A program made the translations under genes and the position numbers. The notes beneath the pieces were generated by a model. The model searched no databases. It was not told the DNA's origin and worked only from the letters and a program-made list of their open reading frames with translations. Shown piece by piece: positions 14,902-24,450 of a stretch of 27,954 nucleotides of DNA. Source of the stretch: a virus. Lineage: Duplodnaviria; Caudoviricetes. Where the stretch lies: IMG/VR virus record IMGVR_UViG_3300032024_000318, positions 1 to 27,954 of that record; one strand, given 5' to 3'. Positions within the stretch are counted from its first letter, which is position 1; the number at the start of each line of letters is the position of its first letter.

Positions 14902-17402
14902 ATCTTCAATCCTTTTCTCAGCAAAGCATCATCTGTTTTCATCAGGTACCAAGTGCTTATTTCAGAGCCTTCGTCTGCTATTTCTGTTTCTACAACCACC
15001 GCTTCATCCTGATAAAATTTTAAATATCTACTTTTGAATTTCCCGTCGCTGTATTCATAATACCAGACTTCGTCCGGATTGCTAATTATGTCTTGGACAT
15101 GCGGAAATAGTTGGTGCCTAATCTCTTTTGCGCCGATATACTTACCGGTCGTATGAACATCGAACACCTTCTTTTTTAACATCATCTTACGGCCGAGGTA
15201 ATCGACAAAGCCCATAAACGTTTTTCCTTCAACCGTCTTGAAAAGTTCCTTCACGTTGTCAGGCGTGATGGTTTTGTCTATTTTGATTTTGTTTAAATTC
15301 GATTTAAACGAATTATAAGGTTGTAACCCGTACTTGTCAAAAGTCATGGTGTTCAGCTTTTCGGGCAGGCCTTTGGTATCTTTATAGAATTGCTTTTCGG
15401 TAAAGACTTGCTTTAGGTCGCCACGGTTGATCTCGAATTGTGATCCTTCAAACTTCGGATCGGCTGATCGTATGAGCTGAAGCGCGTCCTTCCCGGAGGT
15501 TACCTGTCCGGGTTTTGGCGTCCGGTTGAACTGGAGCATTTCGCAACGACAGCCATACCCATTAGGCGGCCATACTTTCAAAGCTTCGGGGTCATTTAGG
15601 TTGAACACTTTTCCGTCCAAAATATCGTGCTGCGGGCGTACCTGGTCATCGCCCGCAGTCTCATACTGCACGAATGAGGTTACGGTGTCTTTTTCGACCA
15701 TAAAGCGGTGAAACGCCGCCGAATTTTGCCCAACGGACACGGAGAGGTTGTACTCCGACCGCAGCCATTCGTTATTGAAGTTCGATACCTTTTCTGAAGC
15801 AAGCCGTTTGAAGTCTGAGAAAGAACGTATCTGTTGGGCTTCTTTGTCAATGAGCAAGTCGGACATGGCCGCCAAGCGCGCTTCGGTCTTTGAAGTAGAA
15901 AACTCAAAGAGGTTGTATTCCATCAGCTGAAGCGCGAGTGTATCGGGCGTGTCGTAACCGATTGTGACGCCATAGCCTTCTTTCAACCCACGGAGCAGTT
16001 GAAGTCCTTCTTCAGTGATCATCCCGCTCTCCGTGCCTAAAGTGTCGCCATTGTCCCAAAGTAATTGTATGAGGGCCTCAGATAGCTCGTTTAAAATTTT
16101 GTTGCTGGCCATCGCCACAGGATGGTGGACATGGCCACATGAAGCCCGATAGTCGGGTTTATGCCAAGTGGCCGTTGCCGATATCAAAGGGCTTTTTTTT
16201 TTGCCCGTAATCGGGATGCTGAACGTCTTAGAGAGCCAATCGGTATCTACTTCGTGTTCTTCGAGGATACCTTTGACAATTTCCCAATATTTGTTTAGGT
16301 CCAATTCCTCTTTTGCCTCCACCCATTCAAAAACATCGTCATCAGAGATGTACGAATAGCCGTGCGATTTCAGCAGCGGGATAAGCTGATCGTTTACTGT
16401 GAAGGCAATATCCCGCCGGTCTGATTGTGTAATCTTAAAATCGAGGGAGTTCTCGTGTACCTGAGTCTGTGCCCGGTTGGAAGCGTCTTTGCTCAAGGTG
16501 TTTGAACCTACAATCACACTCGATATCTCGTTGCTGTTTTGCTCGATGAACTTTGAGTAAACATTATAGGCATCAGTCCGGTTGGCTTCGTCAAATTTGA
16601 CGGTCGTGCCTTCCGGGAACACCCCGACTGAAGCTTCAGCCAATGAGAGCAGTTGTTTTTCGACCGCATCGATGTGTGTAGTGGTATTGTTGTTGGTTGT
16701 CGCCGAGATGAGCGGCATGCCGAATTTTTCGCAAAACTCTGCCCAAGATTGTGCGACATTTCGTTTCCAAATCAGGTTAGGGATGATGTCGTTGATGACG
16801 CCAAGAGAATCGTCACCTGCCAGTTCCAACACCCAAGCTTGATGTTCCGGCGCGTCGTATTGAAAGAAAGGTTTGGGCTTGCTCAAATCCGGGTAAACCC
16901 TGCGCTCGGTCGGGACCACGTTGCGCGGCGGAATTAAGGCAAATTTGATTTTATGGCCATCAAACTCTAAGAATTCAACAACGCGCGTCCCGTAGATGAT
17001 GGCATCAATCTTTTTATTAAGAAAATCGAAATACCATTTTTGCTGGAAAAGTTCGGTAGCCAATTCGTTCAAGCCCCCGGATTTTCTATTTCGTATTTGA
17101 AAGCCGGTACTCATGGTAGAGGCCCGCCGTAGCATAACGGCTGTTTTGAACGTACCATCTGTTTTGAGGTCGTCCACCAAATCGGTATAGCGGTTAAACC
17201 TCGGCGTATCGATATGTTCGGTTGCTGCAAGCGAGACACGCCAAGCCTGAATGTCCTTTCGGCTGCGGTCTTTGAACGCTTTGGTGATCTGCAAAATTAT
17301 AGCAGCCGCATTACGGCTTCCACCCGACTTCAATGGTTGCGTATCGTGCATTGATGTAGGCGCCGTTATTTTTGTTTTACTGCCTAAGAAAGGTATCTTC
17401 AT
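14895..17402 (-). CDS. Fusion: Mu gp29/DUF935 portal + MuF (gpF/SPP1 gp7) + C-terminal PBECR2-like nuclease fold
   Basis: WAEFCEKFGMP (portal); YETAGDDQVRPQH and WPPNGYGCRC (MuF); IISNPDEVW...RYLKFY...STWY (PBECR-like). Confidence 0.85.
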   Translation of the reverse strand: MKIPFLGSKTKITAPTSMHDTQPLKSGGSRNAAAIILQITKAFKDRSRKDIQAWRVSLAATEHIDTPRFNRYTDLVDDLKTDGTFKTAVMLRRASTMSTGFQIRNRKSGGLNELATELFQQKWYFDFLNKKIDAIIYGTRVVEFLEFDGHKIKFALIPPRNVVPTERRVYPDLSKPKPFFQYDAPEHQAWVLELAGDDSLGVINDIIPNLIWKRNVAQSWAEFCEKFGMPLISATTNNNTTTHIDAVEKQLLSLAEASVGVFPEGTTVKFDEANRTDAYNVYSKFIEQNSNEISSVIVGSNTLSKDASNRAQTQVHENSLDFKITQSDRRDIAFTVNDQLIPLLKSHGYSYISDDDVFEWVEAKEELDLNKYWEIVKGILEEHEVDTDWLSKTFSIPITGKKKSPLISATATWHKPDYRASCGHVHHPVAMASNKILNELSEALIQLLWDNGDTLGTESGMITEEGLQLLRGLKEGYGVTIGYDTPDTLALQLMEYNLFEFSTSKTEARLAAMSDLLIDKEAQQIRSFSDFKRLASEKVSNFNNEWLRSEYNLSVSVGQNSAAFHRFMVEKDTVTSFVQYETAGDDQVRPQHDILDGKVFNLNDPEALKVWPPNGYGCRCEMLQFNRTPKPGQVTSGKDALQLIRSADPKFEGSQFEINRGDLKQVFTEKQFYKDTKGLPEKLNTMTFDKYGLQPYNSFKSNLNKIKIDKTITPDNVKELFKTVEGKTFMGFVDYLGRKMMLKKKVFDVHTTGKYIGAKEIRHQLFPHVQDIISNPDEVWYYEYSDGKFKSRYLKFYQDEAVVVETEIADEGSEISTWYLMKTDDALLRKGLKIK

Positions 17403-17426
17403 GCTTAATTTTATTAAAAAGCCGTC

Positions 17427-17460
17427 AGATTTGATTTTAAACGTGTTTTAAATCAAATCT
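17427..17460. repeat. Intergenic 16-bp-arm hairpin between gp36 and portal
   Basis: AGATTTGATTTTAAAC-GT-GTTTTAAATCAAATCT, one mismatch. Confidence 0.65.
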
Positions 17461-17890
17461 ACCACTTGTTGTTTGATGGTTTATAATTACTGCTTATCCT
17501 TACACTACTTTTGTCCTCCCCTGTTGTTGCATCTTTGATAAGGGGAAGGTCTGCAACGGCTTCGCCCTTTGCTGCAAGCTTCAGCCACTCAAGCGCGTCC
17601 TGATACCGCTCGGAGCGGTGCTCCGGGATCTTGTTTGGCGCGATGGAGCTGTACAGATGGTAGAGCGCACAATCAATGGTTATCATAATGACAAATGAAT
17701 TGCGCGCTTCATCAGTTTGATCAAATATTACTGCGATGTCGTACCTACCGTTTAGGTAGTTCTTGATTTGGGCGATGGCCATATTTTCAGCACTAAGCAA
17801 TTTTGTTTGGCTGAAATTTTCCAGCAATATGCCTTTGACCTCTGTTCGTATCAAAACATCATAATCGGTATCTAAAAGGAATCGTGCCAT
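17459..17890 (-). CDS. Mu gp36/DUF1320 head-tail connector
   Basis: IKNYLNGRYD...DCALYHLY...RYQDALEWLK. Confidence 0.85.
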   Translation of the reverse strand: MARFLLDTDYDVLIRTEVKGILLENFSQTKLLSAENMAIAQIKNYLNGRYDIAVIFDQTDEARNSFVIMITIDCALYHLYSSIAPNKIPEHRSERYQDALEWLKLAAKGEAVADLPLIKDATTGEDKSSVRISSNYKPSNNKW

Positions 17891-19458
17891 CAGTATCTAT
17901 TTTTTTTATTTTTTATCAGTTCTCTCCTGCTTATTGTTTTGGGCTGAAATTTTGTGACGAACGTGATCTGGTTGACTTCGGCGATGGCTGACTGCATCGC
18001 ATCAGGCGCATCGTCGTTTGCACCGCTGCCTTTTTCAAAAGCCAACAGCTGATCAATCAGGTTTTGAAAGTCGGTGGACCCGCGGTATTCTTCGTTCATC
18101 CAAATATTGCCACGCTCGAAGTAGCCTGCCATGCTTTCGATACGGTCAAACTTTCCGTCTTTGCTTTTTTTGTCAGCCGTCACCGGTACATACCACCCAC
18201 GGTCATCGCCTTCGATGTCGAAGTCGTTTACAAATTCGTCCTGGGCAAACAAGCCTTCTATCTTGTAACGGATGTTGTAATTCAGCGCGGTATTATCAGA
18301 CACCCAATCGTAAAGCCATTTGGCCACATTAGACCTTGAGGTCTGCCGGACGTAGGCCGCCAAGACATGAAATTCGCGTCCGGTCTTTCCGACAAGGATG
18401 AGCGCCTTGAAGTCGCCCGCATCTTTGTAGCTTAAATCGCCGTAAAAGACGAGGCCGTCGTACATATCGAAAGGCAGGCGTTCCTTCCATTGGATTTGCT
18501 CAGGTTTGAACACTTCTCCCTCTTGGATATGCACGTGCATGTACTCACGCATGAACGATCGATAAGGCGTGTTTTCAAACTTGTCTCGCCAATAGTCTGC
18601 GCTCGTCTTTGCGGGCCAGGCAGGCTCAAAGGTTGATAAGTCTTTTACCGCTTTCACCGTGATGATGTGGTGGCGGATTGGTTTTTTAGCTTCTTGTGCT
18701 TTTTGATTAATCCGCTGAAACTCTTGTTTTAATTGATTGATGATGGTGTTTTTGTGAAAATTGTTGTTGGCCACGATAAAACGCCTTCGTTTGCCACCCT
18801 CATCAAACGTGCCTTTTAAATCCTCCCAAACCCATTCGTAAGCCCTTCGGGCCCGTTTGTCGTTGTTGCACATCTCTTTAGTGTCAACGTCATCGACAAC
18901 TATGTAGTCAGGTCGCTCGGATGCTTCACGAAGCCCACGGACAGATTGCCGAAACCCGCTGCTCACGAATTTTGCCCCGTCAATTGTGGTAAAATCACCA
19001 TCGGACCAATCGCCATATTTGTACCTGCGGCCATAGTCGTTTATCAACCTTTGGTTGTGCTGAAGCTGTGCCTGTATGTCCCCTATGAGTTTTTTGCCTT
19101 TATCGGCAGTCTGCCCGATGAGCAACATGAAGCGTAGGTCGTTTTTGACGTATAAGTATAGCGGGGTACCCATGTCCAAATGCACTGACTTAGCGCCGCT
19201 GCGATAAATTTCAGCAAGCAGGTCGATGACCAGGTTGTCGATGATTAAATCTGCCATCTCTTTATGGAAGTCAGCGCAAGGGGACTTGGCGTACATTGGA
19301 AAATACCACTCAAACCACTCGGTGTAATTCTGCTCAAGCAACTTAATCCGTTTTACCTTGTCAGCAGGACGCTCACTTAAATTAATAGTAGTTGCCTGCG
19401 CAATTTTTTGACAATGCGCTTCGTACTGCTTCAATAATTTTTCATGAGCAGGGGTCAT
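17890..19458 (-). CDS. terL: Terminase large subunit
   Basis: YRSGAKS, RPDYIVVDDVD, C-terminal DDAPDA nuclease motif. Confidence 0.9.
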   Translation of the reverse strand: MTPAHEKLLKQYEAHCQKIAQATTINLSERPADKVKRIKLLEQNYTEWFEWYFPMYAKSPCADFHKEMADLIIDNLVIDLLAEIYRSGAKSVHLDMGTPLYLYVKNDLRFMLLIGQTADKGKKLIGDIQAQLQHNQRLINDYGRRYKYGDWSDGDFTTIDGAKFVSSGFRQSVRGLREASERPDYIVVDDVDTKEMCNNDKRARRAYEWVWEDLKGTFDEGGKRRRFIVANNNFHKNTIINQLKQEFQRINQKAQEAKKPIRHHIITVKAVKDLSTFEPAWPAKTSADYWRDKFENTPYRSFMREYMHVHIQEGEVFKPEQIQWKERLPFDMYDGLVFYGDLSYKDAGDFKALILVGKTGREFHVLAAYVRQTSRSNVAKWLYDWVSDNTALNYNIRYKIEGLFAQDEFVNDFDIEGDDRGWYVPVTADKKSKDGKFDRIESMAGYFERGNIWMNEEYRGSTDFQNLIDQLLAFEKGSGANDDAPDAMQSAIAEVNQITFVTKFQPKTISRRELIKNKKNRY

Positions 19459-19901
19459 CGGCTTTGGTTGATTTTATAATGCAAAAACTGCTTGTGATAG
19501 GTTGTGAATTTTATTGCCGTCTCCGCGTCTTGGTCGGCCATCCAATTATCGAATTCCTGAAACACAGACACAACTACTTGCGCGGACACTTTGTCCGATA
19601 GGTCTCCAATCACTTTATTAATCTTAGCCAATGCATCTGCATCTACTACTGAAATGCCACCCTCTGCAATAGTTTTCAATTCGCGCATCAGGATTTCACG
19701 AATCTTATTTGGAGACGACAATATCTCAGCGCGCTTGTCGTCCCAAGATTTCTCCGTGCCGGTCGCTTTTTTCCACTTCGATATAGATTGCATAGACACA
19801 TCCAAAGTCGCGGATATCTCTATACAAGGTATGCCTTCAAATACGAACATGTATTCGGCCAGCGATTTCTTTTCCTTGAAGGATGTTGGTTTACCGCCCA
19901 T
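19455..19901 (-). CDS. Terminase small subunit (DUF1804-like)
   Basis: N-terminal HTH (ISATLDVSMQSISKWK...WD), coupled to terL. Confidence 0.75.
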   Translation of the reverse strand: MGGKPTSFKEKKSLAEYMFVFEGIPCIEISATLDVSMQSISKWKKATGTEKSWDDKRAEILSSPNKIREILMRELKTIAEGGISVVDADALAKINKVIGDLSDKVSAQVVVSVFQEFDNWMADQDAETAIKFTTYHKQFLHYKINQSR

Positions 19902-19912
19902 GTCTTTTTGTA

Positions 19913-20001
19913 CAAAAGTCGCTAAGAAGCACCGGCTTGGCTAAATTGTTTGCAACCCTTGCAAACAATTTTTTTTAGGTTAGGAAAGGCTCGCATCTTC
20001 G
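19913..20001. promoter_or_regulatory. Divergent late promoters around a 29-bp palindrome
   Basis: AAATTGTTTGCAA-CCC-TTGCAAACAATTT at 19943-19971; degenerate -7 boxes 37 bp to each side of its centre. Confidence 0.65.
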
Positions 20002-20016
20002 CTAAAAATTCACAGG

Positions 20017-21120
20017 ATGATATTTCGCGCTGAAGAGAACACGATCACGGCATACGGCTATATATGGGACGGCGACGGCATGGAATTCTCCCTTTTATTG
20101 TCGGGCCTTGAAAAGCAGCATACCGACATCACGCTAAAATTGCACACATACGGCGGGTCTGTTTTTGACGGAAACATCATGTACAACGCGCTTCGGGCTT
20201 CAAAGGCAAACATCCGGATTAAAATTGTAGGGATTGCCGCATCGATGGGCGCAGTAATAGCAATGGCCAGGCCTGAGGTAGAAATGGTAGAAAACGGATT
20301 CTTGATGATACACGCGCCGTCTGGCTACGTAAATGGGACAGCTACGGACTTGGAGAACAACGCAAAACTGCTAAGGTCGATTGAGGCTAACTTCACAAAG
20401 AAACTCATAGAGCGCACAGGCAAAACCGAAAAGGAACTGAGCAAATGGTTGGAAGGCGACAACTGGTTTGACGCTTCTGAAGCATTGAAAGAAGGCTTGA
20501 TAACTGGTGTGATAGACCCGGAAGCAGACACCGACATCTTTGATCCCGAACAGTTGGGGGAAGTAGAAGTTTATAACCGCTTTGTCGCCCTACTGTTGCC
20601 TGAAAACGAAAAATTTAAAAAAGACCATAAAATGAAAAAACCACTTATCGAAGCCCTGCACTTGCAAGGCGTAAACGAGCAGAGCTCGGACACCGCCGTA
20701 ATCGACGCGGTGAAGTCACACGTTGCTGCGGTGACAGCGCAATTACAGGCTGATCTCGCAGCTGAAAAGAGTGCAAAAAAAGCCTTGGAAGACGGCGCAC
20801 AAGCGCAATTTGACGCAGTTGTCAACCCTACACTTGATGCGGCTGTGAAGGCAGGGAAAATCACCGCAGACCAAAAGCCAACTTACTACGGCATTGCCAA
20901 GGCTTCGGGCATTGAGGCCTTGAACACCGTATTGGGCAATATTTCCCAACGAAACCCAATTGTAGCAGGCATAGCCAACGGGAAACCAAGCGCAACTGCC
21001 GGGCGTGGAGGTTGGGATTTTGACAAGTGGCAAAAAGAAGACCCGCGCGGTTTTGAGGCCCTTGCCAAATCAGACCCGGATTCGTTCGCCGAAATTGTAA
21101 AATCTAAATACCAAAAATAG
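20017..21120 (+). CDS. ClpP-like prohead protease with C-terminal scaffold
   Basis: HTYGGSVFDG, GIAASMGAVI, LMIHAP, WFDASEALKEGLI; Ala-rich C-terminal half. Confidence 0.88.
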   Translation: MIFRAEENTITAYGYIWDGDGMEFSLLLSGLEKQHTDITLKLHTYGGSVFDGNIMYNALRASKANIRIKIVGIAASMGAVIAMARPEVEMVENGFLMIHAPSGYVNGTATDLENNAKLLRSIEANFTKKLIERTGKTEKELSKWLEGDNWFDASEALKEGLITGVIDPEADTDIFDPEQLGEVEVYNRFVALLLPENEKFKKDHKMKKPLIEALHLQGVNEQSSDTAVIDAVKSHVAAVTAQLQADLAAEKSAKKALEDGAQAQFDAVVNPTLDAAVKAGKITADQKPTYYGIAKASGIEALNTVLGNISQRNPIVAGIANGKPSATAGRGGWDFDKWQKEDPRGFEALAKSDPDSFAEIVKSKYQK

Positions 21121-21122
21121 TC

Positions 21123-22214
21123 ATGAAAAAGACACGTAAATTATCAGTTACCGCAGTTTTCACAAACTTGCTTTTAGCCCTCTTCGTTGGGGTAATGTTA
21201 TCATCCTTCACATCTGTAAACCCTGTCGCCACCGGGGCAATCGTTTTTGCGGCCGGCACGGGCACCCAATTTATTTTCCCGGACGCATTTCAGCAAGGCG
21301 TTCTACTTGCAGGTGTATATAGGGAGATATGGACAGGAGAACTGGTTGAGTCGTTTCAGCCGCAAATCAACGCATCTTTTTTAGCCGAGATACCTTCATT
21401 TGACCAATATGTACAAAGCTCTGCAAACGGCGAAAATCAGGTTATACACTTAGTAGATATCGGTGCAGACCCAGAGGTACTCATAAATAATACAACCTAT
21501 CCTATCGGGTATGAGACGTTAGCTGACGGCGACATAGCATTCAATTTGGACAAGTATGTCACTAAAGCAACGAAAGTCACAGACGATGAGTTGTATGCCA
21601 TCACTTATGATAAAATTACAACCGTTAACCGTAAGCACAGAAATTCTATTTTGGCTAAAAAGTTCGGAAAAGCTGTCCACGCACTCGCCCCTGCAGCTCA
21701 TACGGTCAATACACCTGTCATCGGTACTTCCGGGGCAACCGTAGGCGGGAAGAAATTGGCTACAGTAAATGACATCATTGACCTTGGCGGTGCCTTGAAC
21801 GATGCAGGCGTGCCTGACGACGGCCAACGCATCTTAGTGCTTAACACCAAGCACAACACAGGAATTTTGAAAGAGGTAAAAGACTTCTACAAAGACTACT
21901 TGAACATTGCCACCGGACAATTGCGTCCTCTATTCCATGGCTTTAGGGTTTACCTATACCACGAAATGCCGTTTTATTTGGCATCTAATAACACCAAAGT
22001 ATCGTATGGTGCTGTCTTTGACCCGCTGATCCACAACGTGGCATCGGTAGCATTCTATGCCCCGGACATGTTCCGGGCAGAAGGTGCAACAAAGATGTAC
22101 TTTGACGAGCCTGACACACAGACGCAAGCTTCTGCTGTGAACTACAGACACTACTACCTTGTGTCTCCTAAAAAAGCACGCGCGATCGGCGCGTTGGTAA
22201 CCTCTAACGCATAA
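21123..22214 (+). CDS. Major capsid protein with hydrophobic N-terminal leader
   Basis: Follows the protease; EIWTGEL, LNDAGVPDDGQRILV, HGFRVY motifs. Confidence 0.8.
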   Translation: MKKTRKLSVTAVFTNLLLALFVGVMLSSFTSVNPVATGAIVFAAGTGTQFIFPDAFQQGVLLAGVYREIWTGELVESFQPQINASFLAEIPSFDQYVQSSANGENQVIHLVDIGADPEVLINNTTYPIGYETLADGDIAFNLDKYVTKATKVTDDELYAITYDKITTVNRKHRNSILAKKFGKAVHALAPAAHTVNTPVIGTSGATVGGKKLATVNDIIDLGGALNDAGVPDDGQRILVLNTKHNTGILKEVKDFYKDYLNIATGQLRPLFHGFRVYLYHEMPFYLASNNTKVSYGAVFDPLIHNVASVAFYAPDMFRAEGATKMYFDEPDTQTQASAVNYRHYYLVSPKKARAIGALVTSNA

Positions 22215-22218
22215 CCAC

Positions 22219-22449
22219 ATGGCAACACTTAAAGAAAGGGTAGCGGTCCTCTTTGAAACGACCGCTCACAAAAAGATTTTTGCGAACCCCAAAGGCGAAT
22301 TTTTCACCTCCGAAAACATTGGCAAAATGAGCCTAAAACCTGGCGAAAAATTGACACATTTTGACCGGGACGATTTCAAAAAACCGGCCAAAAATGCTGT
22401 GCCCAAAGTTCCAGTTACCGGTGCGGTAAATGAACCCAAAAAACAATAA
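22219..22449 (+). CDS. Small hypothetical head-associated protein
   Basis: Between capsid and sheath. Confidence 0.65.
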   Translation: MATLKERVAVLFETTAHKKIFANPKGEFFTSENIGKMSLKPGEKLTHFDRDDFKKPAKNAVPKVPVTGAVNEPKKQ

Positions 22450-22455
22450 TTCGCC

Positions 22456-23694
22456 ATGAGCAACTTAGACGGAGTAACCATACAAAAAGGTAAGCTTGGC
22501 GCAAACCGGCTGAACAATGACAGGGCTGTCTCAGCCCTGGTCATTGCTTCACCTGCCAACGCACTATTACCATATAAGCAGAGTGCTAAGGTTTACAGTT
22601 TGTTCGACGCTGAGCAACTCGGTGTCACCGCCGAGGCAGATGCAACATCGGGCGTAAACATTTACCGCCATGTCCGTGAGTTCTTCAGAATGGCGGGTGA
22701 AGGCACAGAGTTGAACCTGATGCTCGTACCACAGGCTGAAACACTCAGCACCATCGTGGAGGATGTAGATGGTGATATGCTAAAACGCCTGCTAATTGAC
22801 GCTGACTACAAAGTGCGCCAATTGGCCGTAGCGTTAAACCCAACGGCCGCGCCGCTCATCGTTGACGGGCTTCCAACGGACTTGTTACCGGCAATTACCA
22901 AAGCCCAGGCATCCGCTCTGTGGGCATTTAACCAGTTTATGCCCATGCAGATTTTCTTAGAGGGCCGAAGCGTGGGCAGTTCTGCTATCGTAGCAGACTT
23001 GCGCGACCCTGCGATTGATGCCACCAAAGTAACTGTAGTAATTGGACAGGACTGGAAGTATGCTGAAACCAAAGCCGGTGAAGCACAAAACTTTGCTGAT
23101 GTTGGTACTGCTTTAGGTGTATGCGCTGCAGCGGGCATTAATCAAAACATCGGAGACAACGAGGCTTTCAACCTAACAGAAGCTACCAAAGATGCATGGG
23201 TCATCCCGGGCCTCTCAAACCACAGTAAGATCAAAGATGCCTTTCAGGAGTTGCAGACCTATGAAAACAAAGGATATGTTTTCGGGACTACTTACCCCGG
23301 TTTGGGCGGTGTACGGTTTAACAACGATCATGTGTGCGCGCCGGTCATCATCGATGTCGAAGGCAATATGAACGAACACACGATTGCCTTTGGCCGTGTC
23401 GTTGACGATGCCGTTAGGCAATTGCGTACAGCGTACCTGCCTAAAATCAAAAAGACTTACCCGGTTGACCAAAACGGTAAGATCCCAGCGGGCGTGCGCG
23501 TGAGCCTTGAAAGCATAGGCGACCAGATATTTGCAGATATGCAAAGGGCGGGTGAAATATCGTCAGGAAAGACAACAATCAACCCGGACAGCGACTTGCT
23601 CGTAGCCAAAGAACTTATAGTGTCTTATAGCATCATCCCAACAGGATCGATAGGCGAGATCACCGGTACTATTAACCTTAAAAAACAATCCTAA
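22456..23694 (+). CDS. Tail sheath protein (DUF2586-like)
   Basis: HVREFFRMAG, YVFGTTYPG, GRVVDDAVR, C-terminal IPTGSIGEITGTI. Confidence 0.8.
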   Translation: MSNLDGVTIQKGKLGANRLNNDRAVSALVIASPANALLPYKQSAKVYSLFDAEQLGVTAEADATSGVNIYRHVREFFRMAGEGTELNLMLVPQAETLSTIVEDVDGDMLKRLLIDADYKVRQLAVALNPTAAPLIVDGLPTDLLPAITKAQASALWAFNQFMPMQIFLEGRSVGSSAIVADLRDPAIDATKVTVVIGQDWKYAETKAGEAQNFADVGTALGVCAAAGINQNIGDNEAFNLTEATKDAWVIPGLSNHSKIKDAFQELQTYENKGYVFGTTYPGLGGVRFNNDHVCAPVIIDVEGNMNEHTIAFGRVVDDAVRQLRTAYLPKIKKTYPVDQNGKIPAGVRVSLESIGDQIFADMQRAGEISSGKTTINPDSDLLVAKELIVSYSIIPTGSIGEITGTINLKKQS

Positions 23695-24119
23695 TGGCAG
23701 AGCTAATTAGAAACGGAAAGGCATACGACTCCGCAGACACTGAGACGTTTATAAATGGTGTGCCGGTAAACATAAGTAAGATCAGTTATGGAAACGAGCA
23801 AGAGCATCAACTCAACTATACGCTTGGTCAAAACGCAACTTCGTGGAGCAGGGGAAAAGTATCACCATCTGCATCGATGGATATGTACATGCACGACATT
23901 GTACCAATTGAAATGGCAGCACCTGATGGAGACTTATTAAAGGTAAAGCCCTTTGACATAGTCATCACTTTCACGAATGAATATAACATCATCGTGACTG
24001 ACAAAATTGTTGTGAAATTCAAAAACACCGGTAGGGAAGTGACCGGAGACATGGGGTTGCAAAAATCCTTTGAATTGTTCGCTTTAGACGTAAAACTCAA
24101 TATTGCAAATACACTATAA
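23694..24119 (+). CDS. Tail tube protein
   Basis: NGKAYD start, 141 aa, follows sheath. Confidence 0.8.
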   Translation: MAELIRNGKAYDSADTETFINGVPVNISKISYGNEQEHQLNYTLGQNATSWSRGKVSPSASMDMYMHDIVPIEMAAPDGDLLKVKPFDIVITFTNEYNIIVTDKIVVKFKNTGREVTGDMGLQKSFELFALDVKLNIANTL

Positions 24120-24120
24120 A

Positions 24121-24450
24121 ATGGCCAAAGAAAGTTCAGAAAAACAAGTATCACAAGAAGTGATCGAAAAAGTAGGCGGCGAAGCAATGTTACGCCGTGT
24201 AGAACTGCCAATGGATGACATTGGCGAAGATGTACTCGAAGTCATCGTATCGATCCCTGACCGCAAGACGATGGGCCAGTATTTGAAGTACAACGCCATG
24301 AACCCAAACAAAGCGCAGGAGATTCTTGTAAAAGCTTGCTTGCACACAGACAAAGAGCAAGTGCTTAACGATGACGGCTTGTTTTTATCGTGCGTAGGGG
24401 CAATTGCAGAGTTGATCCCAATCCGGGACGGGAAGATAAAAAAGTATTAG
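24121..24450 (+). CDS. Tail assembly chaperone (gpG-type)
   Basis: Follows tube; ends A AAA AAG TAT TAG; ATG at 24121 preferred over TTG 24103. Confidence 0.8.
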   Translation: MAKESSEKQVSQEVIEKVGGEAMLRRVELPMDDIGEDVLEVIVSIPDRKTMGQYLKYNAMNPNKAQEILVKACLHTDKEQVLNDDGLFLSCVGAIAELIPIRDGKIKKY

